In this document: one piece after another, positions 38,215-48,224 of the stretch
How the letters are laid out: the number at the start of each line of letters is the position of its first letter
Position numbering within the stretch: the first letter of the stretch is position 1
DNA from: an uncultured Desulfobacula sp.
GTDB taxonomy: Bacteria > Desulfobacterota > Desulfobacteria > Desulfobacterales > Desulfobacteraceae
Length of the DNA stretch: 64,000 bases
NCBI GenBank assembly: GCA_964455805.1
Contig: CAYVZG010000002.1
Coordinates: forward strand, 66,382 to 130,381
Reading direction: 5' to 3'
Position numbers and translations under genes: made by a program
Notes under the pieces: generated by a model
Databases searched by the model: none
What the model saw: the letters and a program-made list of their open reading frames with translations, nothing else
Told to the model about the DNA's origin: nothing

Positions 38215-39090
38215 ATGAATGATCCCGCATCACATCCGGTAATCAATGGCATATCAAACAAACTGGAGTCCCTTACCCCCAAGGCTCAAACCCTTGGTAC
38301 TTATATCATGCAAAATCCTTCCAAGGCTGTTTTCATGACCACAAAAGAACTGGCAGAAACCTGTGGCATCAGTGAGGCCACCGTGGTTCGATTTGTCAGC
38401 ACCCTGGGATACAAGGGATACTCAGAATTTCAGGAAGCATTGAAGGATTTTGTCAACACAGGCCTCTCCCTTCCTGAAAGAGCTGCCATCAAAGGAATTA
38501 AGGAACCCGGCACGGACAGGCTTCACCGGGGTATTTTAGAAGAATTAAACAACCTTAAATACCTTTACGAAAATATTAACATTGAAACAATGAACAAATT
38601 TGTTGAACACCTGGAAAAAAGCCATTCTGTCTATGTTGTCGGTTCAAGGCTATCCTATACATTTGCCTATTATCTCGGCTGGTCCTTGACCAAGATCAGA
38701 AAAGGAGTTCACATCCTTAAAGGCAGTGATTCTACATCATTTGACATGCTGACCAATGCGCATCCCAACTGCCTGGTCATTCTTATGGCGACTTCCCGGT
38801 ATCCCAATGAACTGATAAAGTTAAGCAAAATGATCCGCAGAAGCGGCCATACCTTATTAACCATGAGTGACAGTTCAATCAGCCCGGTCATTCAGTTTTC
38901 AGACCTGTCTCTTGTGGTTCCGTCAAGATCCATCCCCTATATTGGAAATGTTTCAGGCATTTTAGCTGTCATACAATATATTGTTCAGGAATTGGCCAAT
39001 ATCAAAGGAGATGAATTAACAGATTATCAGAAGCAATTGGAACAGGTTTATCTGGAAAATGATGTCCTGTTTAACCTTGAACCCAAATAA
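38215..39090 (+). CDS. RpiR/MurR-family transcriptional regulator, divergent from soxB
   Basis: KELAETCGISEATVVRFVSTLGYKGY HTH; SRYP and SDSSISP SIS motifs. Confidence 0.9.
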   Translation: MNDPASHPVINGISNKLESLTPKAQTLGTYIMQNPSKAVFMTTKELAETCGISEATVVRFVSTLGYKGYSEFQEALKDFVNTGLSLPERAAIKGIKEPGTDRLHRGILEELNNLKYLYENINIETMNKFVEHLEKSHSVYVVGSRLSYTFAYYLGWSLTKIRKGVHILKGSDSTSFDMLTNAHPNCLVILMATSRYPNELIKLSKMIRRSGHTLLTMSDSSISPVIQFSDLSLVVPSRSIPYIGNVSGILAVIQYIVQELANIKGDELTDYQKQLEQVYLENDVLFNLEPK

Positions 39091-39102
39091 TTGGAAAAAA
39101 AC

Positions 39103-39591
39103 ATGTTGCAAACCCAAGAAGAACTGCTTAGCGTACTCGCTCAAATCGGCATTGAACACACCAACCATGAACATCCGGCTGTTTTTACCGTTGAAGAGGC
39201 CAACCGGCATCACCAGGGGATAGACGGCGCGCACAGTAAAAATTTATTTTTTAAAGATAAAAAGAAAAATCTTTTTTTAGTGGTCACCCTTTCCGACAAA
39301 GCCATTAAAATCAAGGAAATGGCAAAAAAAATAGGCGCCAAGAGCCCATCCTTTGGGAAACCTGATCTCTTAGAACAGGTATTGGGTGTCATACCGGGCT
39401 CAGTAACGCCCTTTGCCGTTATAAATGCGAAAGGACATGACATCAAAGTGATACTGGATGAAGAAATGATGGAAAATGACCTTCTCAACTTCCATCCCCT
39501 GGTTAATACAGCAACCACAACCATTGCATCAAAAGACCTTATAAAATTCATGGACCACTGCAATCAGGAGTTTGAAATCATCAAATTATAA
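39103..39591 (+). CDS. YbaK/ProX-family aminoacyl-tRNA deacylase (PrdX/ProXp-ala-like)
   Basis: HPAVFTVEE, SKNLFFKDKK, LGVIPGSVTPF, NFHPLVNTAT. Confidence 0.88.
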   Translation: MLQTQEELLSVLAQIGIEHTNHEHPAVFTVEEANRHHQGIDGAHSKNLFFKDKKKNLFLVVTLSDKAIKIKEMAKKIGAKSPSFGKPDLLEQVLGVIPGSVTPFAVINAKGHDIKVILDEEMMENDLLNFHPLVNTATTTIASKDLIKFMDHCNQEFEIIKL

Positions 39592-39650
39592 TAGGCTCAT
39601 AAATTTTGGAGTGTGCATTGACCCTGACACACTATTTTATCTTATTGGGT

Positions 39651-39980
39651 CTATTTAATATTATGGTAAAATCGTGGAGGGATACCACCCACAACGGGTT
39701 CATAATACCGGTATTGGGTTTTTTCACCCAGTAACTCATCAATCTTGCTCTGGATCGCCATTCTTTCCTTGCTGTTCATCCACTTGTTCCAGCTTTCCAG
39801 AGTGTTCCAGGTGGTGATGATCATGTACTCTCCTTCACAGTCCAGACAACTGAACGTCTGGTCGGTTAGAAAACCCGGCTGAACAGTGGCCTTTGATCTG
39901 AGCTGCACTATAAAAGGGGCCAATTGCTCTGCCATGGCTTCATTCTTAAGTGTTCGTCTGATAACAATGGAAACTGCCAT
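39651..39980 (-). CDS. Antibiotic biosynthesis monooxygenase (ABM) domain protein
   Basis: ATVQPGFL, YMIITTWNTLESWNKWMNSKER pattern; AGGAGG RBS. Confidence 0.8.
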   Translation of the reverse strand: MAVSIVIRRTLKNEAMAEQLAPFIVQLRSKATVQPGFLTDQTFSCLDCEGEYMIITTWNTLESWNKWMNSKERMAIQSKIDELLGEKTQYRYYEPVVGGIPPRFYHNIK

Positions 39981-40302
39981 AATACCCTCCTTTATTTAAA
40001 CCTGTTTAATAAGTTCCAAAAAAGTGTTGGCAGGAATGATAGAAAAACAATGGAAAAATACCGGGACTGCGAAAATGAAATTTGGGATCAGTTTCAATTG
40101 GAAAGGATATATTATATCAATTTGTATGATTTGTTGTCAATATCAATCGATATTCAATCCGACTATCAGGTTTGAAGGGGAACACGACAATAAAAACTTT
40201 ATTTTTGCTTTGTCCCTGCCGGCTTTGATAAATGGTAGATGTGTGAGTCCCACTGCACAGTATCTTAGAACATCCCATGCAAACATGTGAGCAATAAGAA
40301 AA

Positions 40303-40342
40303 ATAAAAAAAAAGCCGGTTTCAAACGAAAATGAAACCGGCT
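40303..40342 (-). terminator. Intrinsic terminator of the liv operon
   Basis: AGCCGGTTTCA...TGAAACCGGCT stem (40313-40342) followed by a U-tract on the minus strand. Confidence 0.75.
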
Positions 40343-40378
40343 GAAAAATACAGATACTATTTTTATTCTAAAATATTC

Positions 40379-41101
40379 TTATTCACCAAGATAGGCTTCC
40401 CTGATTTTTGGATTTGACATTAGCGCCTGGGCTTCGTCTTCCAGTGTTATTTCACCTGTTTCAACAACATAACCCCTGGACGCTGCCTGAAGGGCAAGAT
40501 TCGCATTCTGCTCAACCAAAAGAATGGTGACACCCTCTTCCTTGTTAATCTTTTCAATGATATCAAAAATCTGTTGCACAATGATGGGGGCAAGACCCAG
40601 AGACGGTTCATCCAGCAAAAGCACCTTTGGTTTTGTCATAAGGGCTCTGGCAATGGCCAGCATCTGCTGCTCGCCTCCGGACAGAGTTCCGCCCTGTTGA
40701 CCTCTTCTTTCTCCCAGAATGGGAAACATGTCATAGGAATGCTGGATATCTTTCATAATCTGGTCTGTATCATCCCTGTGAAAAGCACCCAGCCGAAGAT
40801 TTTCCATTACTGTGAGCCTGGGAAAAATCCGCCTTCCTTCCGGCACCTGGCACAGCCCCATGGTGGGCAGCTTTTCCGGCATAATTTTATTGATCAATTG
40901 ACCATTATATAACACCTCACCTGATTCAGCCGGGACAATACCGCAGATAGTCATGAGTGTTGTTGATTTTCCCGCGCCATTGGCTCCGATGATCGCCACA
41001 ATTTCTCCGGGCATCACTTTGAGGGAGATGCCTTTGAGGGCTTTGATGGACCCGTATCCGGAATGGACATTTTTCAGTTCAAGAATTGGTTGCACGCTCA
41101 T
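40379..41101 (-). CDS. livF: Branched-chain amino acid ABC ATP-binding protein
   Basis: GANGAGKST, QVPEGRRIF, LSGGEQQML, LLDEPSLGLAP, AYLG. Confidence 0.93.
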   Translation of the reverse strand: MSVQPILELKNVHSGYGSIKALKGISLKVMPGEIVAIIGANGAGKSTTLMTICGIVPAESGEVLYNGQLINKIMPEKLPTMGLCQVPEGRRIFPRLTVMENLRLGAFHRDDTDQIMKDIQHSYDMFPILGERRGQQGGTLSGGEQQMLAIARALMTKPKVLLLDEPSLGLAPIIVQQIFDIIEKINKEEGVTILLVEQNANLALQAASRGYVVETGEITLEDEAQALMSNPKIREAYLGE

Positions 41102-41107
41102 GTGTCC

Positions 41108-42334
41108 TTATCCCTCCTTTTCTTCAGATCGGGTTCCCATACGCTTGGCCGGTATCAGGCCTGCCGGTCTGAAGAGCATCATGATAATCATGGTACCGCC
41201 AAATATCAGCATACGATAGGATTCAAATTCACGAAACACTTCAGGAAGGGCAACCAGGGCAACAACGCCCAGTATAATTCCGGGGATGGAGCCCATCCCT
41301 CCCAGAACCACCATGCTTAATACCATGGCCGATTCAATGAAAAGATAGCTGTCAGGGCTTACAAACCTCATGCGGGCGGCAAAAAATGCACCGGCAAGAC
41401 CTGCGAATATTGCACCCATGGCATAGGCTAAAAGTTTATAAATAAATGTGTTTACCCCCATGAGTTCGGCCGCAGTTTCATCTTCCCTGATAGATTCCCA
41501 GGCACGTCCCACACGGGAAATATTTAAACGCTGGACCCCGATGGCTGTGATGATGGCAAGAGCCAGGGCAAAATAATAAAATAGTTGAAGTTTTTTGATC
41601 CAGATATGCTCAAGGGTAAATCCATTTTCAAATACAGGGATAAAAAAACCAATGGGTTTAATGCCAAGAATGCCGTTGGGTCCGTTGGTCAGGGTCATCC
41701 AGTTATTGAGGATGATGCGAATGATCTCTCCAAAACCCAGGGTGACGATGGCCAGATAATCCCCCCGCATGCGAAGGGTCGGATACCCCACTATACAGCC
41801 GGCCAAACAGGCAAAAGCAGCGGACAGGGGCAAACAAATCCAGAAACCCAGGCCGTAAACGGTATTGAGTACAGCATAGGTATATGCACCTACACCATAA
41901 AATGCAATGTACCCCAAATCCAGCATACCGGCCAATCCAACCACCACGTTAAGACCAAGACCCAGACAAATATAGAGCAGGACATTGATTGCCACGTCCG
42001 TACCATATCGACCAGCAAGCTGAGGATAAAACAGCGCAGCAATAAAAAGTGCAGTGAACCATACCCAGGTGGGAAGTGCTGAGGTAGCGTTTTTAATATT
42101 GCCAGTGACCCGGGAAATCGGATCCATAATCACTTTTAAGGAGCCGCTGGCCTTTGTTATATAGATCAGAAGACAGACAAAAGTGCCTGCAACAATATAA
42201 CTCCACACCGTTATTGTTTTCTGAAAGGTGAGAGTGCCGTCGGCATGTATTCCCAGCATCGGCCAGAGCAGGCCCAAAAGCCACAGCATGCCGATGGTAT
42301 ATTTTTTCCAAACTTTCTTAAACTCTTGTATCAT
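41108..42334 (-). CDS. livM: Branched-chain amino acid ABC permease
   Basis: GLNVVVGLAGMLDLGY, LRMRGDYLAIVTLGFGEI, IREDETAA, VVLGGMGS. Confidence 0.92.
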   Translation of the reverse strand: MIQEFKKVWKKYTIGMLWLLGLLWPMLGIHADGTLTFQKTITVWSYIVAGTFVCLLIYITKASGSLKVIMDPISRVTGNIKNATSALPTWVWFTALFIAALFYPQLAGRYGTDVAINVLLYICLGLGLNVVVGLAGMLDLGYIAFYGVGAYTYAVLNTVYGLGFWICLPLSAAFACLAGCIVGYPTLRMRGDYLAIVTLGFGEIIRIILNNWMTLTNGPNGILGIKPIGFFIPVFENGFTLEHIWIKKLQLFYYFALALAIITAIGVQRLNISRVGRAWESIREDETAAELMGVNTFIYKLLAYAMGAIFAGLAGAFFAARMRFVSPDSYLFIESAMVLSMVVLGGMGSIPGIILGVVALVALPEVFREFESYRMLIFGGTMIIMMLFRPAGLIPAKRMGTRSEEKEG

Positions 42335-43229
42335 CGATATTCTCGCCCATAATTCCAGTTGGTTTAAAATAAAGAACGCCTATCAATATGATAAATGCAA
42401 ACACATCCTTGTACTCGCTGGATATATAGCCTGCACCAAATATTTCAACCATACCGATTATCAGACCGCCGATCATGGCACCGGTAATATTTCCGATCCC
42501 GCCCAGAACTGCTGCGGCAAAGGCCTTGATACCCGGAACAAATCCCATGTCATACTTGACTGATCCATAATAAAGCCCATACATGATACCTGCGGCTGCG
42601 GCAAGGCCCGCTCCAATGGCAAAGGTAAGCGAGATAATCTTATTGCTGCCGATAGCCACAAGGGCGGACATGGTCTTGTCCTGTGCTGTTGCCCGCATAG
42701 CCATACCGATTTTGGTTTTAAACACCAACAAATTAAGACCCACTAAAAGGCAGGCAGTCAAAGATACAATCATGATCTGGAGATAGGAGACGGTTACCAT
42801 GCCAAAATCAAATCTTCCCTGGAAAAGTTCACCCGGATACACTTTGTCATAAACACCCTGGGTGAGCATCATACCGTTGGAAAGAAAAATCGACATACCC
42901 AAAGCTGATAAAAGCGCAGCCAGTCTGGATTGCTTTCGCAATGGCTTATAAGCGATCTTTTCAACCCCCACGGCAAGATAGGCGCAATAGGCCATGGCAA
43001 TCATAAAAGAGCCCGTCAGGCAGATTACAGGATGAGAGTCCATATAACCGATCCCGGCAAAGTAGGCAAGAGCGATGGCACCCACATATCCGCCGGCGGC
43101 AAAGAATTCACCATGGGCAAAATTAATGAGCTGGATGACACCGTATACCATGGTATACCCCAATGCGATCAATGCATACATACCGCCAAGGGTTAAACCG
43201 TTAATCAACTGCTGAATAAAATATTCCAT
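42318..43229 (-). CDS. livH: Branched-chain amino acid ABC permease
   Basis: QQLINGLTLGGMYALIALGYTMVYG..INFAHG, AFAAAVLGGIG. Start MEYF at 43229; the ORF-track extension runs through a terminator hairpin. Confidence 0.92.
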   Translation of the reverse strand: MEYFIQQLINGLTLGGMYALIALGYTMVYGVIQLINFAHGEFFAAGGYVGAIALAYFAGIGYMDSHPVICLTGSFMIAMAYCAYLAVGVEKIAYKPLRKQSRLAALLSALGMSIFLSNGMMLTQGVYDKVYPGELFQGRFDFGMVTVSYLQIMIVSLTACLLVGLNLLVFKTKIGMAMRATAQDKTMSALVAIGSNKIISLTFAIGAGLAAAAGIMYGLYYGSVKYDMGFVPGIKAFAAAVLGGIGNITGAMIGGLIIGMVEIFGAGYISSEYKDVFAFIILIGVLYFKPTGIMGENIDDTRV

Positions 43230-43266
43230 TATTTTTAATTTTCTTAACTTTAGTTCTTGGGGTGGG

Positions 43267-43304
43267 AAAAAAGATGCGGCTTCTGCCACGGCAAAAGCCG
43301 CATC
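43267..43304 (-). terminator. Hairpin plus U-tract after the livK-like gene
   Basis: GATGCGGCTT...AAGCCGCATC stem with an adjacent A-run (U-run on the minus strand). Confidence 0.65.
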
Positions 43305-43331
43305 ATATGTTAACCAGATGTGTTAATCGGG

Positions 43332-44468
43332 TTATTTGATCAAACCGTTTACCGGCTCCCAATACGGAACAAACTTGTCGCCGACAACTTTGTAGGCAAT
43401 ATATGAAGATCCGGAATCTCCTTTAGCATTAAACTTGATATGTTTTGCAACACCTTGGAAATCCTGTTTCATCAATTCGGCTTTCACTTTTTTAGGATCT
43501 GTGGACCCTGCTGACTTAATTGCATTTAACAGTGACGTTGCTGCATCATAAGCATAAGTTGCATAAGCTGCAATCTTCCCATATTTGGGAACATATCTTG
43601 CTTCAAATGCTTTGTATTGAGGTGTACTCTGATCGGTATATCCATACGTCAGGAAAACACCTTGAGAGGCTTCTTTGGCAACATCCATGTATTTGGGCTG
43701 AAACACAGCATCCTGAGTGACTATCTGGGAATCCATTCCAAGACGTTTGGCCTGGAGTGTCATCATGGCTGCAGGAGAATATCCCTGAAGAGACATGTAA
43801 AACACATCGGCATTGGCCCGTTTTGCCATGGTCAAAACTGCTGAAAAGTCCTTGTCGCCCTGGTTAACATGCTCATGGGCGAGTACTTTCATTCCCAATG
43901 CTGTACTGGCTTTTGAAACACCATCAGCAAGACCCTGGGAATAAGTGGTTTTGTCATCTACGATAAATATGGTTTTTGCGCCCAGAGCTTCTTTGAGAAA
44001 TTTAGCTGCCGCAGGTGCCTGGTCATCATCTCTTCCGCACATTCTGAACATGTAAGGAAGACCACGGTCTGTCACTTTTTCATTTGTGGAAGCCGGGGTA
44101 ATCATGATGATGTCTTCCTCATCCAATACCTCGGATGACGGGATGGTGGAAGAAGAACAATAGGCACCAACAACTCCGACAACCTCAAGGTTGATAAGCT
44201 TATTGGCTGCGGCTACTGCTTGCCTTGGATCGCAGGCTGTATCCTGGGGAAAAAACTCAATTTTGTCATAACCCGGCATTCCGCCCGCTTCTTCAAATAC
44301 TTCAATGGCAGCACGGGCACCGTTCTTAATATCTGTTCCATCAGATGCATACGGGCCTGTCAAAGGACTCATGGAGCCTATTTTCAAGGTTTTTGCAGAA
44401 ACTGCGCCAAACAGAAATGGAACCAGAATAAGGCCCATAATCATAATTGATAAAACTCTTTTTTTCAT
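43332..44468 (-). CDS. livK: Branched-chain amino acid ABC substrate-binding protein
   Basis: Signal peptide; PLTG, DTACDPRQA, GAYCSS, DKTTYSQGLAD, YAYDA. Confidence 0.9.
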   Translation of the reverse strand: MKKRVLSIMIMGLILVPFLFGAVSAKTLKIGSMSPLTGPYASDGTDIKNGARAAIEVFEEAGGMPGYDKIEFFPQDTACDPRQAVAAANKLINLEVVGVVGAYCSSSTIPSSEVLDEEDIIMITPASTNEKVTDRGLPYMFRMCGRDDDQAPAAAKFLKEALGAKTIFIVDDKTTYSQGLADGVSKASTALGMKVLAHEHVNQGDKDFSAVLTMAKRANADVFYMSLQGYSPAAMMTLQAKRLGMDSQIVTQDAVFQPKYMDVAKEASQGVFLTYGYTDQSTPQYKAFEARYVPKYGKIAAYATYAYDAATSLLNAIKSAGSTDPKKVKAELMKQDFQGVAKHIKFNAKGDSGSSYIAYKVVGDKFVPYWEPVNGLIK

Positions 44469-44484
44469 TTTTTCCTCCTAAAAA

Positions 44485-45252
44485 TTATTGGTTGGCAGGC
44501 TGACCAAGATACGCCTCAATTACCTTTGGGTTATTCTGAATTTCATTTGAATCACCTTCAGCAATTTTCACTCCATGATCAACACATACAATATGATCAC
44601 ACACACCCATCACAACCTTCATGTCATGCTCCACCAGGAGCACATCAATACCAAGCTCTGATATGCGTGTAATGTCTTTCATCAACTCCGAGGATTCAGA
44701 GGGGTTCATACCGGCTGCCGGTTCATCCAGAAGCAGCACTTTGGGTTCCGATGCAATAGCTCTTGCAATTTCAAGTCTTCTCTGGAGACCATATGGCAAA
44801 TTTGATGCCACATCATCGGCATATTTTCCAACACCCATGAAATCCAGGGCTTCCATGGCCTTTTCTTTTATAAATGCCTCTTCCCGTTTCTGCGACGGTG
44901 TTCTGAAAATTGATCCCACAACCCCTTTGGAGGCCCTGCAATGCCTTGCCACCATGGCATTTTCAACAGCGGTCATGGCAGAAAACAGACGGATATTCTG
45001 AAAGGTTCTGGCGATCCCTTTTTCAAAAATGATATAGGGACGTTTGCCAAGTATACTTTTCCCATCAAAGAGCACATCTCCTTCCGATGCTTGATACACA
45101 CCGGTCAGGACGTTAAAAACAGTTGTTTTTCCCGCACCATTTGGTCCGATTAGGCCGACTACTCCACCGTTGCCGATTGTAAAACTCAAATTAGATAATG
45201 CTAAAAGTCCACCAAATCTCACACTCACATTTTTTAATTCTAGCTGTGCCAT
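44485..45252 (-). CDS. livG: Branched-chain amino acid ABC ATP-binding protein
   Basis: FGGL, GPNGAGKTT, ARTFQNIRLF, LPYG.QRRLEIARA, DEPAAGMNP. Confidence 0.93.
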   Translation of the reverse strand: MAQLELKNVSVRFGGLLALSNLSFTIGNGGVVGLIGPNGAGKTTVFNVLTGVYQASEGDVLFDGKSILGKRPYIIFEKGIARTFQNIRLFSAMTAVENAMVARHCRASKGVVGSIFRTPSQKREEAFIKEKAMEALDFMGVGKYADDVASNLPYGLQRRLEIARAIASEPKVLLLDEPAAGMNPSESSELMKDITRISELGIDVLLVEHDMKVVMGVCDHIVCVDHGVKIAEGDSNEIQNNPKVIEAYLGQPANQ

Positions 45253-45561
45253 ACAGATTTTCCAACCCATTAAATTTTTAAAGACTACAAATAGTTAAAC
45301 AACGCGCCTCTATCGCTCGATTGTTGATTTCTGTAGCCCATATACCATATGTTGTCAACCAAAAAAAGTCCATGATTTTCATGGTGATTGCCGGAAACCC
45401 CTACCCGGCAAAGCGATAAAAATTTGAAATGGTCTAACCATACTAAATCACAACTTTCAATTTGTTCAGATTTTTTATTTACAATACCTTTACATTTATA
45501 TTGACATTTAAACAAATGCCTGTCACACTATTACAAACCAGATAAAAAAGGCATAAAAAAT

Positions 45562-46197
45562 ATGAGAGTAAAACTGACTTCCAACCAGCAAAAGGTGTTT
45601 GATTTCTTAAAACAGGAAATAAAGGAACACGGGGTTTCCCCCAGCCTTCGCACCATTGCCGCTGAGCTTGCCATCAGCCATGCTGCCGTTTCCCAGACCC
45701 TTAAAACCCTTGAGAATAAAGAATACCTCAAAAGAGAAGGCCGATACAGCCGGACCATTCACATCCTGGATGACAGGGGTGATCTGCATCTTTTGCAAAG
45801 ACAAAAACAGGTTCCTATCATCGGTCACATCACAGCAGGCCTCCCCATGTATGCCCAGCAGGAATGGGGTGGCCACCTTCTGGTTGATGCAAAGATATAT
45901 CCTGGTCAAAATCTTTTTGCCCTTAACATACAAGGCAGTTCCATGAAGGATGCCGGCATTCTTGATCAGGATCTGGCCATTTGTGAACCCAGGCAATATG
46001 CCCGCAACAAAGAGATTGTTGTGGCCCTGATTCATCATGAAGAAGCCACTGTAAAGCGGTTTTTTCTTCACCCTGATTTTATTGAGCTGCGGCCTGAGAA
46101 CCCGGATTTCAGATCTCAGAAATATAATTTCGATGACGTGCTGATCCAGGGCAAAGTCATCGGTATTGTTCGCGGCCCCAAGGGCCTGGAGATATAA
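45562..46197 (+). CDS. lexA: LexA repressor
   Basis: N-terminal wHTH (PSLRTIA), Ala-Gly cleavage site (ITAGLP), catalytic Ser (GSSM) and Lys (ATVKR), IQGKVIG. Confidence 0.92.
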   Translation: MRVKLTSNQQKVFDFLKQEIKEHGVSPSLRTIAAELAISHAAVSQTLKTLENKEYLKREGRYSRTIHILDDRGDLHLLQRQKQVPIIGHITAGLPMYAQQEWGGHLLVDAKIYPGQNLFALNIQGSSMKDAGILDQDLAICEPRQYARNKEIVVALIHHEEATVKRFFLHPDFIELRPENPDFRSQKYNFDDVLIQGKVIGIVRGPKGLEI

Positions 46198-47028
46198 ATG
46201 ATCAAGGATCTTTATCCGGCAAATGATCTTTTTATCGGCACCAGCGGCTACTCCTATGGAGAGTGGATCGACTCGGGATTCTACCCGGACGGCACCCATT
46301 CTTCCAATATGCTTGATTTTTACACCCAGGTCTTCCATGCAACCGAACTCAACTATACCTGGTATCAAATGCCAAAGGCCCCGGCCATTGAACGCATGTG
46401 TACAAAAGTACCCAAAAACTTCAAGTTTGCTGCCAAGCTCACACGGACCATGACCCATGAAGTAAAAAAAAGGCAATGGGCAAAAGAAGTCATGCTTTAC
46501 CGCCAGGGAATAGAGCCTTTAGTCCAATATCAAAAACTCTTATGTATTCTCATACAGCTTCCGCCATATTTCAAACGATCCATCCATTTTCGAAATTATC
46601 TTGCAGCACTTTTGGATGAACTGGCAGGTCTGCCTATTGCCGTGGAATTCCGGCATGATTCCTGGGCAAATGACAAGGTGTTTTCAGAACTTGAAAGGAG
46701 AAAGGTGACTCTGGTGTCAGTGGATGAACCGGCTCTGTCCGGCCTTTTTCCACGGCTTGATGTGGTCACCAACCCGGATCTTTTCTATATCCGCTTCCAC
46801 GGCAGGAATACGAAGGGATGGCGGTCAGGCAACATGCAGAAACAATTTGATTATGATTATGCCCAGTGGGAACTTGCCCAATGGGCAGCCACCATTAAAA
46901 CCGCCATGATGCCGGAAGCGGCATCCGGTGGTATTTTTTTTAACAACCATGTCAGGGGCCAGGCCCCGAAAAATGCATTGGTTTTGATCGATCTCCTGTC
47001 CAAGGATGAGCCGCACCCAAAGACATGA
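46198..47028 (+). CDS. DUF72 (YecE-like) TIM-barrel protein
   Basis: IGTSGYSY..W...FYP, ELNYTWY, QLPP, AVEFRH.SW, YIRFHGRN, FFNNH. Confidence 0.88.
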   Translation: MIKDLYPANDLFIGTSGYSYGEWIDSGFYPDGTHSSNMLDFYTQVFHATELNYTWYQMPKAPAIERMCTKVPKNFKFAAKLTRTMTHEVKKRQWAKEVMLYRQGIEPLVQYQKLLCILIQLPPYFKRSIHFRNYLAALLDELAGLPIAVEFRHDSWANDKVFSELERRKVTLVSVDEPALSGLFPRLDVVTNPDLFYIRFHGRNTKGWRSGNMQKQFDYDYAQWELAQWAATIKTAMMPEAASGGIFFNNHVRGQAPKNALVLIDLLSKDEPHPKT

Positions 47029-48224
47029 ACCGCTCAATTATTCATTTAAACATTGCAGATTTTGCCGTTGCAGTGGAAACCAATATACAGCCGTCCCTCA
47101 AAGGCTACCCTGTGGTTATCGCTCCTTTAGGGGCACCCCGGGCAGTGGTGTATGATATGAGCGATGAAGCCTACAAAGAAGGTATCCGGAAAGGCATGGC
47201 ACTGGCCCGTGCAAAACGGATCAATAAAAAGATCAAAATTCTGCCACCCTGCTTCAACCGGTATGAAAGGGTCATGAAAGATCTTTTGAAACAAACCTTT
47301 GCCTTTACCCCACTCATCGAGTCCGGCACATCAGATGGTCACATATTTCTGGATGTCACAGGTTCTGGAAGACTTTTTGGCCCCTCTGTTGATGTGGCAT
47401 TCAAGCTTAAGAAAGCGTTTAAAAAAACATTTAATTTTGATCCCATCTGGTCTGTTGCCACCAACAAACTTGTGGCTAAAGTGGCCACCCGGCTTGTCAA
47501 ACCTGTGGGAGAATATGTTGTCGCCCCGGGTGATGAAAAAGCCTTTCTTGCCCCATTGCCCCTCAACCTGATACCCGGTTTTATAAAAAAGGACTTAACA
47601 ACACTTTTTGAATTCAATCTTTTTCTTATCTCCCAGGCAAGAGTCCTTACCCTGGAACAGCTGAAGATCCCTTTTCATCAACGGGCGCCCCTGGTTTACG
47701 ACTGGATCAGGGGTATTGATTCAACCCCTGTCACTGCCCTCAGGCAAAATCTTTCCATCATACGGGCTGACCATGAATTTAGCGATGACACCAATAACGG
47801 CAATTTGCTTAAACGGGCCCTTTATCTCATGATTGAAAAAATATGCAAAAAATTACGGAACCAAAAACTCACAGGTGCTGCCACCCAAATCACACTTTCC
47901 TATTCAGATGGACTGCAAACCAGATCAAATCTCGTACTTAAGCCAGCCACATCCAATGATTACACCATGTTTAAAAAATGTGTTCCCCTTTTAAACAACG
48001 CATGGAAAAGAAGGGTGAGAATCCGCCACATGCGCCTCACATGTAAAAAACTTGCTCCATGTGCGGTGCAGGCAGACCTGTTTTTTGCAAAGACAAAAGA
48101 GGCAAAGCAGGCTGAATTGATCCTTGCAATGGACAAAATCCACGAAAAATTTGGTAAAACTGCCATAAAGACCGGCTTAACTATGATCCAAAAAACAAAG
48201 ATCCGAAAAAACAAAGATCAATGA
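47025..48224 (+). CDS. imuB: Y-family polymerase homolog, probably catalytically inactive (ImuB-like)
   Basis: DinB-like layout, but IHLNIADF replaces the HxDMDxF motif and SDGH replaces SIDE. Also NKLVAKVA and a C-terminal QADLF clamp-binding motif. Confidence 0.8.
   Translation: MNRSIIHLNIADFAVAVETNIQPSLKGYPVVIAPLGAPRAVVYDMSDEAYKEGIRKGMALARAKRINKKIKILPPCFNRYERVMKDLLKQTFAFTPLIESGTSDGHIFLDVTGSGRLFGPSVDVAFKLKKAFKKTFNFDPIWSVATNKLVAKVATRLVKPVGEYVVAPGDEKAFLAPLPLNLIPGFIKKDLTTLFEFNLFLISQARVLTLEQLKIPFHQRAPLVYDWIRGIDSTPVTALRQNLSIIRADHEFSDDTNNGNLLKRALYLMIEKICKKLRNQKLTGAATQITLSYSDGLQTRSNLVLKPATSNDYTMFKKCVPLLNNAWKRRVRIRHMRLTCKKLAPCAVQADLFFAKTKEAKQAELILAMDKIHEKFGKTAIKTGLTMIQKTKIRKNKDQ

Noticed and set aside
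39924..40290. Short ORFs between the ABM gene and livF, and similar ones at 4194-4397 and 45285-45515
   Set aside because: No convincing RBS, motif or coding-like composition; treated as intergenic.
45400..45561. LexA box upstream of lexA
   Set aside because: Only weak dyads (TGACA...TGTCA, CATTT...AAATG) are present, and I could not match them confidently to a known SOS box.
45607..46476. 289-aa minus-strand ORF
   Set aside because: Antisense to lexA and DUF72, both of which have clear family motifs; it has no recognisable domain.
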